Below, one piece after another: positions 1 through 9,520 of a stretch of DNA of 64,000 bases. The notes beneath the pieces are model-generated. The model was given only the letters and a program-made list of their open reading frames with translations, ran no database searches and was not told the DNA's origin. Within the stretch, counting starts at the first letter, position 1. Every line of letters starts with the position of its first letter. Source of the DNA: Clostridiaceae bacterium. GTDB lineage: Bacteria > Bacillota > Clostridia > Saccharofermentanales > DTU023. Location: NCBI GenBank assembly GCA_012800435.1, contig JAAZJH010000023.1, positions 4,878-68,877 on the forward strand. Direction: 5' to 3'. Both the position numbers and the translations under genes were made by a program.

Positions 1-705
1 AGGACGCGTATATTGCGGTTCTTCAAGGAAATACGAAACAAATGATTCGCATTGCCAAGCATCCTCATCAGGCAAGACGCCGGGAATCAAACGAGTGATC
101 GCGTCAATGATGACGGCAGCGGCAAGCTCACCGCCCGTCAATATAAAGTCACCGATCGATACTTCTTCGGCGCCGATCGCATCCAGTACCCGACAATCAA
201 CTCCCTCATAATGACCACAAAGAAGAATCAGGTTCGATGTTTTTGAAAATTCGAGTGCCATATGCTGATCGAACACTCGCCCTTTCGGCGAAAGAAAAAG
301 TGTACGAACACTTGGAGAATCTTGACTAGATGCGGCGCCGTCGTCCACAGGCACATCATTAATTGGCTGATCTTGTGATGATACAACGGCGTTTAGACCG
401 GATTGGGAAACTAACTGCTCGTCCGTGCTGTTCAGCTCGATCACGCGCGATGCGTTCTGTGCTTCTAAAATGTCATTGTGCGCTTTTTCCCAAGCGCGAT
501 AAATCGGCTCACACATCATGAGCATACCGCGGCCGCCTCCGTAAGGCGCATCATCTACCTGACCGTAGTCATTAATCGCGAAATCGCGAATCTGTATTGG
601 ATGAATTTTGATCCTGCCCTCTCGAAGCGCGCGTCCGGTAATGCTGTGCCGCAACGCGTCCAATACTTGTTCAGGGAAAAGAGATAAAAGCGTAAACGTG
701 ATCAT
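1..705 (-). CDS. trmD: tRNA (guanine37-N1)-methyltransferase TrmD; C-terminal end runs off the window start
   Basis: Absent from the ORF track because it has no stop in the window. My minus-strand translation from ATG 705..703 stays open to base 1: MITFTLLSLFPEQVLDALRHSITGRALREGRIKIHPIQIRDFAINDYGQVDDAPYGGGRGMLMM...LILLCGHYEGVDCRVLDAIGAEEVSIGDFILTGGELAAAVIIDAITRLIPGVL...EEPQYTRP. This matches TrmD core motifs (PYGGGxGM, CGxYEGxDxR, GDxxLxGGE) and the conserved rimM-trmD order. Confidence 0.9.
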   Translation of the reverse strand, partial: MITFTLLSLFPEQVLDALRHSITGRALREGRIKIHPIQIRDFAINDYGQVDDAPYGGGRGMLMMCEPIYRAWEKAHNDILEAQNASRVIELNSTDEQLVSQSGLNAVVSSQDQPINDVPVDDGAASSQDSPSVRTLFLSPKGRVFDQHMALEFSKTSNLILLCGHYEGVDCRVLDAIGAEEVSIGDFILTGGELAAAVIIDAITRLIPGVLPDEDAWQCESFVSYFLEEPQYTRP

Positions 706-710
706 GGTGT

Positions 711-1283
711 TTATATTAATGTCTTCTTCTCAAGGCCTTCTTCACGATAAAGCCCGTAAAGATCCGGAGGCAGGGCGACATCGACTCGATCGGTATCAAT
801 ATCAATATGACGAACGTATATTCTTCGAAACGGAATGAACAAGTCTTTTTTTTCTGAATCTCGCACAGCTAGAACGGTAGAGGGACCGATACTATCAACC
901 GAAATGATGACACCCAAAAATCCATGGACGTCGTCATAGACCGACGCGCCAAGCAGCTCACCAACATAGAATTCCGTATCGTCGCGCAATGGGAGTGCAT
1001 CTTCACGTCGCACGGCAAGATAAAGTCCGTTATATCGCACAGCATCTTCCCTGCTGTGGCATTCGTTAAAGAAAAGGAGAAGGCCTGAGGGACCATAACG
1101 CGTCTGCTTAATCGTTAACGTGCCGATCGGCTGCTGATTTTCGACGCGCTCATGAGAGAAAAGAAAGACCTGAAGCCCGGGGAAAAAGCGTTCACCGTCA
1201 TCAGTAAGGATGTCGGCGTACACTTCTCCCTTGACACCATGCGCTCGTTTTACGCGCGCAATAATAAGATACGGTTGCCTCAT
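711..1283 (-). CDS. rimM: 16S rRNA processing protein RimM
   Basis: 190-aa ORF. N-terminal IIARVKRAHGVKGEV motif and C-terminal PRC-barrel-like half. Canonical position between the KH-protein gene and trmD. Confidence 0.9.
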   Translation of the reverse strand: MRQPYLIIARVKRAHGVKGEVYADILTDDGERFFPGLQVFLFSHERVENQQPIGTLTIKQTRYGPSGLLLFFNECHSREDAVRYNGLYLAVRREDALPLRDDTEFYVGELLGASVYDDVHGFLGVIISVDSIGPSTVLAVRDSEKKDLFIPFRRIYVRHIDIDTDRVDVALPPDLYGLYREEGLEKKTLI

Positions 1284-1302
1284 CGTTTTCTTCCTTAAAT
1301 AA

Positions 1303-1533
1303 TTATGAAAGAATCTCGACGTTGACGCGCTTATTCTCCATAGCGCCTTTAGCTTTCATGATCGAGCGGATGGACTGTGCACGGCGCCCGCCGCGACCAA
1401 TAATTCGTCCGACATCATCCGGATTGGCGGAAACAGTCAGATTAACCTCGCGGCCGCGGACATCCATACGAATTTCAAGCTCTTCGGGATTCAGAACGAG
1501 CGGTTCAATGACGGATCGCAACAATGCTTCCAT
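1303..1533 (-). CDS. KH-domain RNA-binding protein (YlqC/UPF0109 family)
   Basis: 76 aa. GRIIGRGGRRAQSIRSIM contains the KH GXXG loop. Sits between rpsP and rimM as in other Firmicutes. Confidence 0.88.
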   Translation of the reverse strand: MEALLRSVIEPLVLNPEELEIRMDVRGREVNLTVSANPDDVGRIIGRGGRRAQSIRSIMKAKGAMENKRVNVEILS

Positions 1534-1536
1534 AGT

Positions 1537-1782
1537 CTACTCCAGAATGCCGTTATACTTTAACAGCTTTTTGACGGTATCGGTCGGCTGAGCGCCTTTG
1601 CTGATCCAGTCTTTGACTTTCTGTGCATCTACCGTCAAGGTTGATGGTTCGGTATGCGGGTTGTACGTGCCGATTTCTTCAATCGTGCGGCCATCGCGCG
1701 GAAAACGCGCATCCGCAACGACGACGCGATAGTAGGGCTGTTTTTTCTTACCAATGCGTTTGAGTCGAATTTTTACTGCCAT
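1537..1782 (-). CDS. rpsP: 30S ribosomal protein S16
   Basis: [42 protein letters not shown] is the typical S16 N-terminus; 81 aa. Confidence 0.97.
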   Translation of the reverse strand: MAVKIRLKRIGKKKQPYYRVVVADARFPRDGRTIEEIGTYNPHTEPSTLTVDAQKVKDWISKGAQPTDTVKKLLKYNGILE

Positions 1783-1854
1783 CTTTTCTCCTCCATAAGG
1801 ATGTTTTCTAGTATTTATGCTTTCATCCGGTTGTTGCCGGTTGTAAGTTCAGTG

Positions 1855-3210
1855 CTAAAAGCCGAATCCGCCGAATGGCATACCTTTTGTTGAACGGCGC
1901 CTCCGTTTTTTTCCTCCGCCAAGCATACCAAACTGTTTCATCATTTTCACCATATCGTCGTATTGTCGAACGACGCGATTGACTTCTTGAACCGTTACAC
2001 CGCTTCCACTGGCGACACGACGGCGTCGTGAGGCATTGAGTAATTTAGGATTATTTCGTTCCCGTACCGTCATCGATTGAATAATGGCGCGTGTCCGATC
2101 AAGAGCGTTCTCATCGACATCGACGTTTCCTAATTGTTTTCCGACACCCGGCATCATGGCGAGCATATCTTTCATTGATCCCATATTGCGCACTTGTTCG
2201 AGTTGATCCAGCATATCTTGCATCGTGAATCGGTTCGCGCGCAGATTTTCCATCGTTTTGCGAGCTTGTTCTTCATCGATTGCCTGCGATGCTTTCTCAA
2301 TTAAAGTGAGAACGTCACCCATACCGAGGATACGCGATGCAAGCCGATCCGGATGGAATACCTCAAGATCTTCTATTTTCTCACCGGTACCGAGCATCTT
2401 GATAGGCTTACCGGTCATACGGCGAATAGAGAGCGCAGCGCCTCCGCGCGCGTCTCCATCGACCTTCGTCATGATGAATCCCGTTACACCGATTTCCTCT
2501 TCGAACGCCTGTGCGATACTGACGGCCTCCTGCCCGATCATGGCATCAACAGTCAGCAACTTCTCGTCCGGGCGGATAGCATCATTAACCGCTTTCAGCT
2601 CCGCCATCAGTTCGTCATCGACAGTCATACGACCTGCCGTATCCACAATAAGCGTGTCACACATCATGTAACGCGCTCGCGCATGACCATCCTTCGCAAT
2701 TTGAGAAGCATTTTTTTCAGCGGGATCAATGTAGTATTCAACGCCCACCTGCTCAGCAAGAATTCTAAGCTGTTCCTGCGCGGCGGGTCGATGGACGTCA
2801 ACAGAAACCAAAAGGGGCTTTTTACCTTGATTTTTCAGAAAGTGCGCCAGTTTGGCAGTCGTGGTTGTTTTGCCGGTACCTTGAAGACCGTACAACATGA
2901 TCACTGTAAAACCTGTTGGCGAAACAATCAGTTTTTCTTCTTCACCAAGAATTTGAATGATCGTTTCATGAACTATTTTGACAATTTGCTGACCCGGCGT
3001 CAGACTTTGCATTACATCCGCACCGCGCGCTTTCTCGCGAATATGCTTTGAAAGATCACGAACGACTTCATAGTTAACGTCTGCCTCGAGCAAGGCGAGT
3101 CGGATTTCGCGCATCATGTCCGTGATGTCTTTATCCGTTACCCGACTTTTGCCGCGCATGGCATCCGCTATTTTGGTAAGTCTTGAGCTTAAATTCTCAA
3201 AAATCGCCAT
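1855..3210 (-). CDS. ffh: signal recognition particle protein Ffh
   Basis: 451 aa. SRP54 N and G domains (GLQGTGKTTTTAKLA, DTAGR, TKVDGDARGG) and a Met-rich M domain (MGSMKDMLAMMPG). Confidence 0.97.
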   Translation of the reverse strand: MAIFENLSSRLTKIADAMRGKSRVTDKDITDMMREIRLALLEADVNYEVVRDLSKHIREKARGADVMQSLTPGQQIVKIVHETIIQILGEEEKLIVSPTGFTVIMLYGLQGTGKTTTTAKLAHFLKNQGKKPLLVSVDVHRPAAQEQLRILAEQVGVEYYIDPAEKNASQIAKDGHARARYMMCDTLIVDTAGRMTVDDELMAELKAVNDAIRPDEKLLTVDAMIGQEAVSIAQAFEEEIGVTGFIMTKVDGDARGGAALSIRRMTGKPIKMLGTGEKIEDLEVFHPDRLASRILGMGDVLTLIEKASQAIDEEQARKTMENLRANRFTMQDMLDQLEQVRNMGSMKDMLAMMPGVGKQLGNVDVDENALDRTRAIIQSMTVRERNNPKLLNASRRRRVASGSGVTVQEVNRVVRQYDDMVKMMKQFGMLGGGKKRRRRSTKGMPFGGFGF

Positions 3211-3279
3211 AGAGCCTCTTTATCTATTCGTTAAGATCGAACCGTCCCTTTCAGTCTTAGAAAAATAGGTCAATGACAC

Positions 3280-3645
3280 TCATTTAACAGGGCCAAGTCC
3301 AATGATATGCCCAAGCGCTTGGAGGTCTTTTTCTGCGATATCGCACTTGCCGTCTTTTAATGCTTTTGATGCGTTACAAAGCACGTCATACATGGCTTGA
3401 TCTCTCTTGACTAGACCTAAAAGATCCTCATAAGATGACAATCGACGCGACGCGCGCCGGATAAGGTCATGTGCTCCCTGTCGTGAAATCTTCAACAAAT
3501 CGCCAATTTCCGAAAGAGATAAATCATCCTCAACGTAAAGTTTTAATGCATCGTGTTGTTGACTGCTCAAGAGAGCGCCGTAATAATCCAGGTATAGGCA
3601 CCATTTTGTGAGATCGTCTTGTATTTGCGCTTGTGCTTCTTTCAT
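3280..3645 (-). CDS. ylxM: YlxM/UPF0122 helix-turn-helix protein (sigma-70 region-4-like)
   Basis: Start re-assigned to ATG 3645 (MKEAQAQIQDD...). The 166-aa track ORF would overlap ftsY by 83 nt. Contains LSLSEIGDLLKISRQGAHDLIRRA, an HTH. Conserved position between ftsY and ffh. Confidence 0.75.
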   Translation of the reverse strand: MKEAQAQIQDDLTKWCLYLDYYGALLSSQQHDALKLYVEDDLSLSEIGDLLKISRQGAHDLIRRASRRLSSYEDLLGLVKRDQAMYDVLCNASKALKDGKCDIAEKDLQALGHIIGLGPVK

Positions 3646-3697
3646 TCTGCCAAGTATAACGACAGCGATGAAGCCTGTCAAGTTAAAATGTTGACAG

Positions 3698-4609
3698 TCA
3701 CGTTTCGGGCAGCAAAGCCTTGACAAAAAGGTCGGCATCAAAGTCCTGCAAATCATCGGCCTTTTCTCCGAATCCGGCAAGGCAAATCGGAAGTCCGGTT
3801 TCTCGCGCGACGGCGATAGCTACACCGCCTTTGGCGCTGCCATCCAGTTTTGTGATCACCAGTCCCGTGATCGGTGTCGACGCGTGGAAAGCGCGCGCCT
3901 GCGTAATCGCGTTCTGACCTGTCGTCGCGTCGATGACCAGCAGTGTCTCCAGAATAGCATTAGGTGCTTCTCGAGCAATAACGCGACGAATCTTAGCCAA
4001 TTCATCCATAAGATTCTTTTTTGTGTGTAGTCGGCCGGCTGTGTCGACAATCAGAATATCGGCATTCCGCGCCTCTGCAGACTTGATCGCGTCAAAGACA
4101 ACAGCAGCAGGATCTGATCCCGTTTGATGCGCGATTACGGCAGTTTGCGTGCGCTCGCCCCACATTTTCAATTGCTCAACAGCGGCGGCGCGAAACGTAT
4201 CGGCGGCGGCCATAATGACGCGCATTCCATTGTTTTTCGCACGCTGCGCCATTTTGGCCGCAGTCGTCGTCTTTCCTGTCCCATTAACGCCAACCATGAG
4301 AAATATGGTCAATTCTCCCTGTTTTGGATCGAGATGTTTCTCGACCAACATGCCTCTAAGCGTTTCTGCAAGAGCCTGTAGCACGCTCTCTCGTGAAGCG
4401 TTGCCCGTTGATCGAATGTACTCGCGCAAATCATCAATGGCTTCCATGGATGCCGTAACACCACAGTCTGCCTGTACGAGCGTCATTTCAAGATCGTCGA
4501 GCATGTCCTCGTCGAAAACACCCAGTCCTGCTGCCATACGATTGATCTGAGCGGTCATGAAATCGCGCGTTTTTGAAAGTCCTTCTTTAAACTTTTGGAA
4601 AAAACTCAT
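3698..4609 (-). CDS. ftsY: signal recognition particle receptor FtsY
   Basis: 303 aa. SRP GTPase NG domain: MVGVNGTGKTTTAAKMA, DTAGRL, TKLDGSAKGG. Confidence 0.95.
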   Translation of the reverse strand: MSFFQKFKEGLSKTRDFMTAQINRMAAGLGVFDEDMLDDLEMTLVQADCGVTASMEAIDDLREYIRSTGNASRESVLQALAETLRGMLVEKHLDPKQGELTIFLMVGVNGTGKTTTAAKMAQRAKNNGMRVIMAAADTFRAAAVEQLKMWGERTQTAVIAHQTGSDPAAVVFDAIKSAEARNADILIVDTAGRLHTKKNLMDELAKIRRVIAREAPNAILETLLVIDATTGQNAITQARAFHASTPITGLVITKLDGSAKGGVAIAVARETGLPICLAGFGEKADDLQDFDADLFVKALLPET

Positions 4610-4720
4610 GATGCGCCTTTCTATTGTGTCTGTATAAAGAAAAAACCGATAAGCTTGTTACATTGGCCGTTTTTACTTTTAAATACTATGGCAAATGTGC
4701 TTAATTCAAAGGCAGAGTCA

Positions 4721-7700
4721 TCAGTCGCCGTAAGACAGCGCGGAGGAAAGCTGCATCGATAGTACTCGCGATATTCCGCGTTCTTGCATGGTGATTCCGT
4801 AAAGTCTGTCGGCAGCAGCCATAGTGCCTTTGCGGTGTGTAATCAGGATAAACTGCATTTTCCATGCGTAGCGCCGAACGTACGCCGCGAATCGATCTAC
4901 ATTGGCATCATCAAGAGCCGACTCCACTTCATCGAAAAGACAGAAAGGTGTCGGCTTTAGTTTTAGGATTGCGAAAATCAAAGCAATGGCGGTCAGACAA
5001 CGTTCACCGCCTGAAAGAAGCGACAAGCGCTGTAATTTTTTACCCGGCGGTTGCGCGCGAATGCCGATCTCGGCTTCCAAGACATCGTCATCGCCTTCCA
5101 ACATAAGCTCTGCCTGTCCCCCTGAGAAGAAATCGGAAAATACTTGACTGAAATTCTGGTTGATATCGTGAAACGTCTTCGAAAACTGTTCGCGCATCGA
5201 CTGCTCAAGTTCTTCGACGATGATTCGCAGTTTCTCCGCTGCACTTTCAATGTCCTCGCGTTGTTCTTCCATGTGATTGAGGCGCGCCATCAATGCTTCG
5301 TAGTCGGCAACCGCATTTTGATTAATAGGGCCGAGCGCGTCGATATCCTTCTTGAGAGCATTGCGCTCTATCGTGGCTTGACGAATGGAGTCCACCTCGA
5401 CGACATGCGATTCCGCTTCAACTTTAGTTAGTCCGTGCGTCTCCCAAAGCCGATTCAATACATTATCGTTTTGCTCCTTTAAACGTGTCATGTCCGACCG
5501 ATGTTTTTCATATGCTGCAAACAATGTCGTCACACGTTCATTGGCAGTTTCATACGTGTCTAAAAGATTCTGCTGACGTGCTGTTACGTTATCACGCTCT
5601 TCGAATAATGCTTTATATTCTAGTTCTTTTTTTGCGTGATCGATTTTCGTTTTTTCACGTTTGATAGCGTTTTCCTCAAGGTTTCGACGAATACGATCAA
5701 GCGTTTCATTTTGCGAAGCAAATTCACGATCGATGGACGTTAACCGCACGGTTGCTTCCATTTTTTCATGATCGTTTTCAAGTGCCATCGTTTCAAAAGT
5801 CTCGATTTGTTCTACAAGAGCGTCCAACGATGCCGAAAGACGGATCTCTGTATCTCGCTTCTCATCACGTAAATCGGCTTTTTCGCGGCTTTCTTCGCTT
5901 AGTTTCTCGATACTTTGAACGAGTCGTTCATGCTCTTTCCGATCGTCAGTGATCGTAGCGACAAGCGACAGTTCAGCTTCTTCAATCTTTCGAATGCGTT
6001 CATCGGTCGTCGATGTTTCATTACGACGCGCGTCAAGCAGCACTTCTAGACGACGCAATGTTTCTTCAAGCCCCTCTTTCTCAGAAGAACGTTGAAGAAG
6101 ATCACGTCGATCATCTGCCAGTTGTCGTAGCAGGCTTTCTTCATCACGCGCCACATCATTGAGTTTTTGGCGCGCACGATCGAGCGCCTCGTCCTGTTTT
6201 ATCTTCTGAATTTCTAACTTCTTGATATCTGCGCGTTTTGACGCGATACGCTCAGGTCTTCCTAATAGTCCTCTCGGCTTAGTCGGCATGAAACCGCCTG
6301 TCATGGAACCGGAAGGATTCACAATGTCGCCCTGAAGCGACACGATACGGCATCCGCGGTTAATCCTGTCGGATAACATCGTGGCGTCACGAAGCGTTCT
6401 TACCACCATTGTGCGCCCCAGCGCCATCCGCAGAGCAGGTATAACAGGATCGGCGCAAGTTACAAGTTCAGCCGCAACGCCAAGATAGCCTGACGCGCCT
6501 TCCGCCATATTGAGAATATCGCGGTTCAATGTGCGCGGGTAAAGAGCATCAAGAGGAAGAAACGTCGCGCGGCCGCCTCGTGTCGTACGAAGCCAGTCAA
6601 TCCATTGCTCGGCAGTAGCGCGCGTATCGCAAACAAGATCATTTGCAGCGCCCCCTAACGATGTCTCGATCGCAAGCGCCAATTCCTCCGGAACAGAAAG
6701 CAAGGAGGCCAAAGGCCCGAACACTTTATGTCGTTTTTTCATTCGGTTCACTTCGTCCATTACCAGTTTAACAGGACGATTATAACCTTCATAAACTTCT
6801 TCCAAACGCTCAAGCGTATCGGCTTCATACGTCAGCTTATCAATGTCTTGTTTGACGGATGCGATTTTCTGATCGATGACAGCGGCCTCATTGCGTAGAG
6901 ATTCGGTTAACTCACGCGCCTGGTCGGCACGTTGTTCATCAAGTTCGATACGTGTCCTAAGCTTGATGAGCGCTTCATCTCGCTGATTAAGATCTGCACG
7001 CCTTTCCAAACAATCGTCGTCAAGCTCTTTCTTCTCCTGTTCAAGTTGCAGAAGACGTTCTGAGAGCGCCTGTCGCTCTCCGCGCTTTTCCTGTAAGAGC
7101 GCCTGAGATGAAGCGATGTGTTCGCCAAGCACGTCACGCTTTCGTATCGACTCTTGTAAACGTTGCCCCGACTCGACATAATCCGCATCCACGACTTCGA
7201 GAGCCTGACGAGCTTCGCGGTGCGCGGCTTCTAGGGATGCCTTTCGTTGTTCAAGCATGTGCTTTTGTTTTTCACGATCCGCCATTTCTTGATCCATCGC
7301 CACAAGTCGAACCATCAGCCGATTTTTTTCTTCCAGAAGCCTCTGTGATGCATCTTTCGAGGATTCTAATTTTTCACGAAGTAGCGCATCCTCTCCTGCT
7401 AACTGTGTTTCTTCTACTGAAAACGAGGCGATAGCCGCTTGAGCTTCGTCAAGCGCTTCGTCAAGTTTTGCGCTGCGTTCAATGGCTGCTCGGTGCGCAT
7501 GACGCGCCTCATCACGTTCTTTCCGCGCCTCTTCAAGATCGAGATGGAGCAGAGCCTCATCATCTTCTCCTTTAGCGCGTTCAAGCTCATACTTTTCAAG
7601 TTGTTTCATTGTCAGTGTGACATCGATATCGCGGTACCGGTTGCGAAGCTCAAGATGACGTCTTGCGTCCTCCGCTTGCTTACGAAGCGGAGCTTCACGT

Positions 7701-8296
7701 TGATGCAGTTCATTCAGAATGTCGTCCACTCGAAGCAGATTTTGCTCACTACGCTCAAGTCTGCGAAGAGAATCTACTTTCCGCGTCCTATATAAACCGA
7801 TGCCAGACGCCTCTTCAAAGATAGCGCGGCGATCATCGGCATTGCCGCTCAAAATTTCATTCACGCGGCCTTGACCTACAATTGAATAGCCCTCGACGCC
7901 AATGCCGGTATCCATGATTAAACGGGTGATATCCTTCAGACGACACGGCGTTTTATTGATCATATAAACGCTTTCACCTGAACGAAAATAGCGGCGAGTA
8001 ATGGATACAGTCGGATAATCAATGGGAAGGATGCCGGATTTGTTATCCAAGGTGAGCGTCACTTCCGCAAAGCTGACAGGTCGACGTTGCGCCGTACCGT
8101 TGAACACCACATCTTCCATTCGGCCGCCACGCAATGTTTTGGCGCTCTGTTCACCGAGCACCCAACGTATCGCGTCGGCGATATTTGATTTGCCGGCGCC
8201 GTTAGGCCCGACAACTGCCGTAATTCCGTCGTGAAATTCGATCAGTGTGGGATCGGGAAATGATTTAAATCCTTGAATTTCTACTGATTTCAGCAT
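4721..8296 (-). CDS. smc: chromosome segregation protein SMC
   Basis: 1191 aa. N-terminal Walker A (GPNGAGKSNI), long coiled coils, a central hinge, and a C-terminal signature motif with Walker B (LSGGERCLTAIALIFAI...FCLFDEVESALD). Confidence 0.97.
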   Translation of the reverse strand: MLKSVEIQGFKSFPDPTLIEFHDGITAVVGPNGAGKSNIADAIRWVLGEQSAKTLRGGRMEDVVFNGTAQRRPVSFAEVTLTLDNKSGILPIDYPTVSITRRYFRSGESVYMINKTPCRLKDITRLIMDTGIGVEGYSIVGQGRVNEILSGNADDRRAIFEEASGIGLYRTRKVDSLRRLERSEQNLLRVDDILNELHQREAPLRKQAEDARRHLELRNRYRDIDVTLTMKQLEKYELERAKGEDDEALLHLDLEEARKERDEARHAHRAAIERSAKLDEALDEAQAAIASFSVEETQLAGEDALLREKLESSKDASQRLLEEKNRLMVRLVAMDQEMADREKQKHMLEQRKASLEAAHREARQALEVVDADYVESGQRLQESIRKRDVLGEHIASSQALLQEKRGERQALSERLLQLEQEKKELDDDCLERRADLNQRDEALIKLRTRIELDEQRADQARELTESLRNEAAVIDQKIASVKQDIDKLTYEADTLERLEEVYEGYNRPVKLVMDEVNRMKKRHKVFGPLASLLSVPEELALAIETSLGGAANDLVCDTRATAEQWIDWLRTTRGGRATFLPLDALYPRTLNRDILNMAEGASGYLGVAAELVTCADPVIPALRMALGRTMVVRTLRDATMLSDRINRGCRIVSLQGDIVNPSGSMTGGFMPTKPRGLLGRPERIASKRADIKKLEIQKIKQDEALDRARQKLNDVARDEESLLRQLADDRRDLLQRSSEKEGLEETLRRLEVLLDARRNETSTTDERIRKIEEAELSLVATITDDRKEHERLVQSIEKLSEESREKADLRDEKRDTEIRLSASLDALVEQIETFETMALENDHEKMEATVRLTSIDREFASQNETLDRIRRNLEENAIKREKTKIDHAKKELEYKALFEERDNVTARQQNLLDTYETANERVTTLFAAYEKHRSDMTRLKEQNDNVLNRLWETHGLTKVEAESHVVEVDSIRQATIERNALKKDIDALGPINQNAVADYEALMARLNHMEEQREDIESAAEKLRIIVEELEQSMREQFSKTFHDINQNFSQVFSDFFSGGQAELMLEGDDDVLEAEIGIRAQPPGKKLQRLSLLSGGERCLTAIALIFAILKLKPTPFCLFDEVESALDDANVDRFAAYVRRYAWKMQFILITHRKGTMAAADRLYGITMQERGISRVLSMQLSSALSYGD

Positions 8297-8297
8297 A

Positions 8298-9143
8298 TCA
8301 ATCTAATTCTAATTCCGACTTCTGAAAAAGAAAAATGCGCGACGCCTGCTGCTCGGCATCTTTCTTGGAATGGCCTTCGCCTTGTGTCTGAAGTTCACCA
8401 TTTACGAAAAGTCCCAGCGTGAACCTGCGATCATGTTCCGGTCCCGTTTCCTCAATAACGCGAAACGTGATGGATGTTCCCGTTTTTGATTGCGCCCATT
8501 CATATACGCGGCTCTTATAATCACGCGACAGCCCGCCGTCTAACACAAGTTTGAAATCAGGCTCAAAAAGACGCTCTACGACCTCAGAGACCGCTTGAAA
8601 GCCCCCATCTAAATAAATAGCGCCCAGCACCGCTTCCACAGCATCCGCCAAATTAGAAGGATTATTCGCGCCTCCAGAAAGCGCTTCACCTCGTCCCAGA
8701 AGTAAAAAAGCGCCCAAATCAAGTGATTTTGCCACGCGGACAAGTGTCTCCTCTCGGACAATTTCCGTCCGCCAACGTGTCATTTCACCTTCCGATGCCT
8801 CCGGATATGAACGATAAAAATACGAAGATACAGCGAGTTGCAAAACGGCGTCCCCTAAAAATTCAAGACGCTGGTTATGAGCAATGTGATATTGCAAGAT
8901 GTGAGATGTATTGTCCCGCAAAGCGGGAACATCATCGCGGCGCACATTGGAAGCACTATCCAAATCCGAATGCAACAGAGCATGTTCTCCGCGGCGCAAT
9001 AAAGCGATGTGAGCGTCATCCGATATAAATCGGCCTTGTTTTTCATGTGCGAAAGAAGGATGCGTCAGCGCAAGGACAAGCCCTCGCTTGTCCTTGGCAA
9101 CATACCCTAAACGGTTCTCAAGAATGGATAGATCGGGCACCAC
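8298..9143 (-). CDS. rnc: ribonuclease III (with ~45-aa insertion in the catalytic domain)
   Basis: GTG start at 9143. Signature NQRLEFLGDAVLQL, plus a C-terminal dsRBD (YKSRVYEWAQSKT...GEGHSKKDAEQQAS). Conserved position upstream of smc. Confidence 0.9.
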   Translation of the reverse strand: MVPDLSILENRLGYVAKDKRGLVLALTHPSFAHEKQGRFISDDAHIALLRRGEHALLHSDLDSASNVRRDDVPALRDNTSHILQYHIAHNQRLEFLGDAVLQLAVSSYFYRSYPEASEGEMTRWRTEIVREETLVRVAKSLDLGAFLLLGRGEALSGGANNPSNLADAVEAVLGAIYLDGGFQAVSEVVERLFEPDFKLVLDGGLSRDYKSRVYEWAQSKTGTSITFRVIEETGPEHDRRFTLGLFVNGELQTQGEGHSKKDAEQQASRIFLFQKSELELD

Positions 9144-9161
9144 GCCGAACGACCTGCCGGA

Positions 9162-9401
9162 TTAAAGATTCAGGCGAATAAATGCGACAGCGTCACCCAC
9201 CGTGCGGATACGCTCAGCCTCCTCATCCGGAATAGAAAGATCAAACTCTTGTTCCATGGACATTACAAGCTCAACCAGATCCAGCGAATCCGCATTCAGA
9301 TCTTCAATAATATTGGATGTCATTTGGATCATATCGGCATCTACGCTGAGCTGATCGGCTAAAATCGTCTGAACTTTCGTGAAAATTTCTTGTTGTGTCA
9401 T
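9162..9401 (-). CDS. acpP: acyl carrier protein
   Basis: 79 aa. The phosphopantetheine attachment motif LNADSLDLVELVM is present. Confidence 0.93.
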   Translation of the reverse strand: MTQQEIFTKVQTILADQLSVDADMIQMTSNIIEDLNADSLDLVELVMSMEQEFDLSIPDEEAERIRTVGDAVAFIRLNL

Positions 9402-9520
9402 GGTTATCCTCCATTGGCACGAATATTTTCATGCATTGTTTTTATTGATTGATCGCGCGATCACAAACCTCAATACTTGCGGTCACACGGTTCATCTGCT
9501 TAAAAGGAAGCTTCCTAAAA

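Noticed and set aside
2353-3051. Long plus-strand ORFs antisense to real genes: 232 aa opposite ffh, 214 aa at 20282-20926 opposite rnhA and the Nudix gene, 206 aa at 55451-56071 opposite the ABC ATPase, and 210-aa-class ORFs opposite smc and recN.
   Set aside because: They lie entirely inside strongly supported minus-strand genes. Their composition is low-complexity (R/S/L-rich) with no motifs or RBS. They are typical shadow ORFs.
3646-3780. The 45-codon N-terminal extension of the ylxM ORF given in the track (start 3780).
   Set aside because: It would overlap the ftsY 3' end by 83 nt, and its Cys/Arg-rich sequence is unlike YlxM. The internal ATG 3645 gives the canonical ~120-aa protein.
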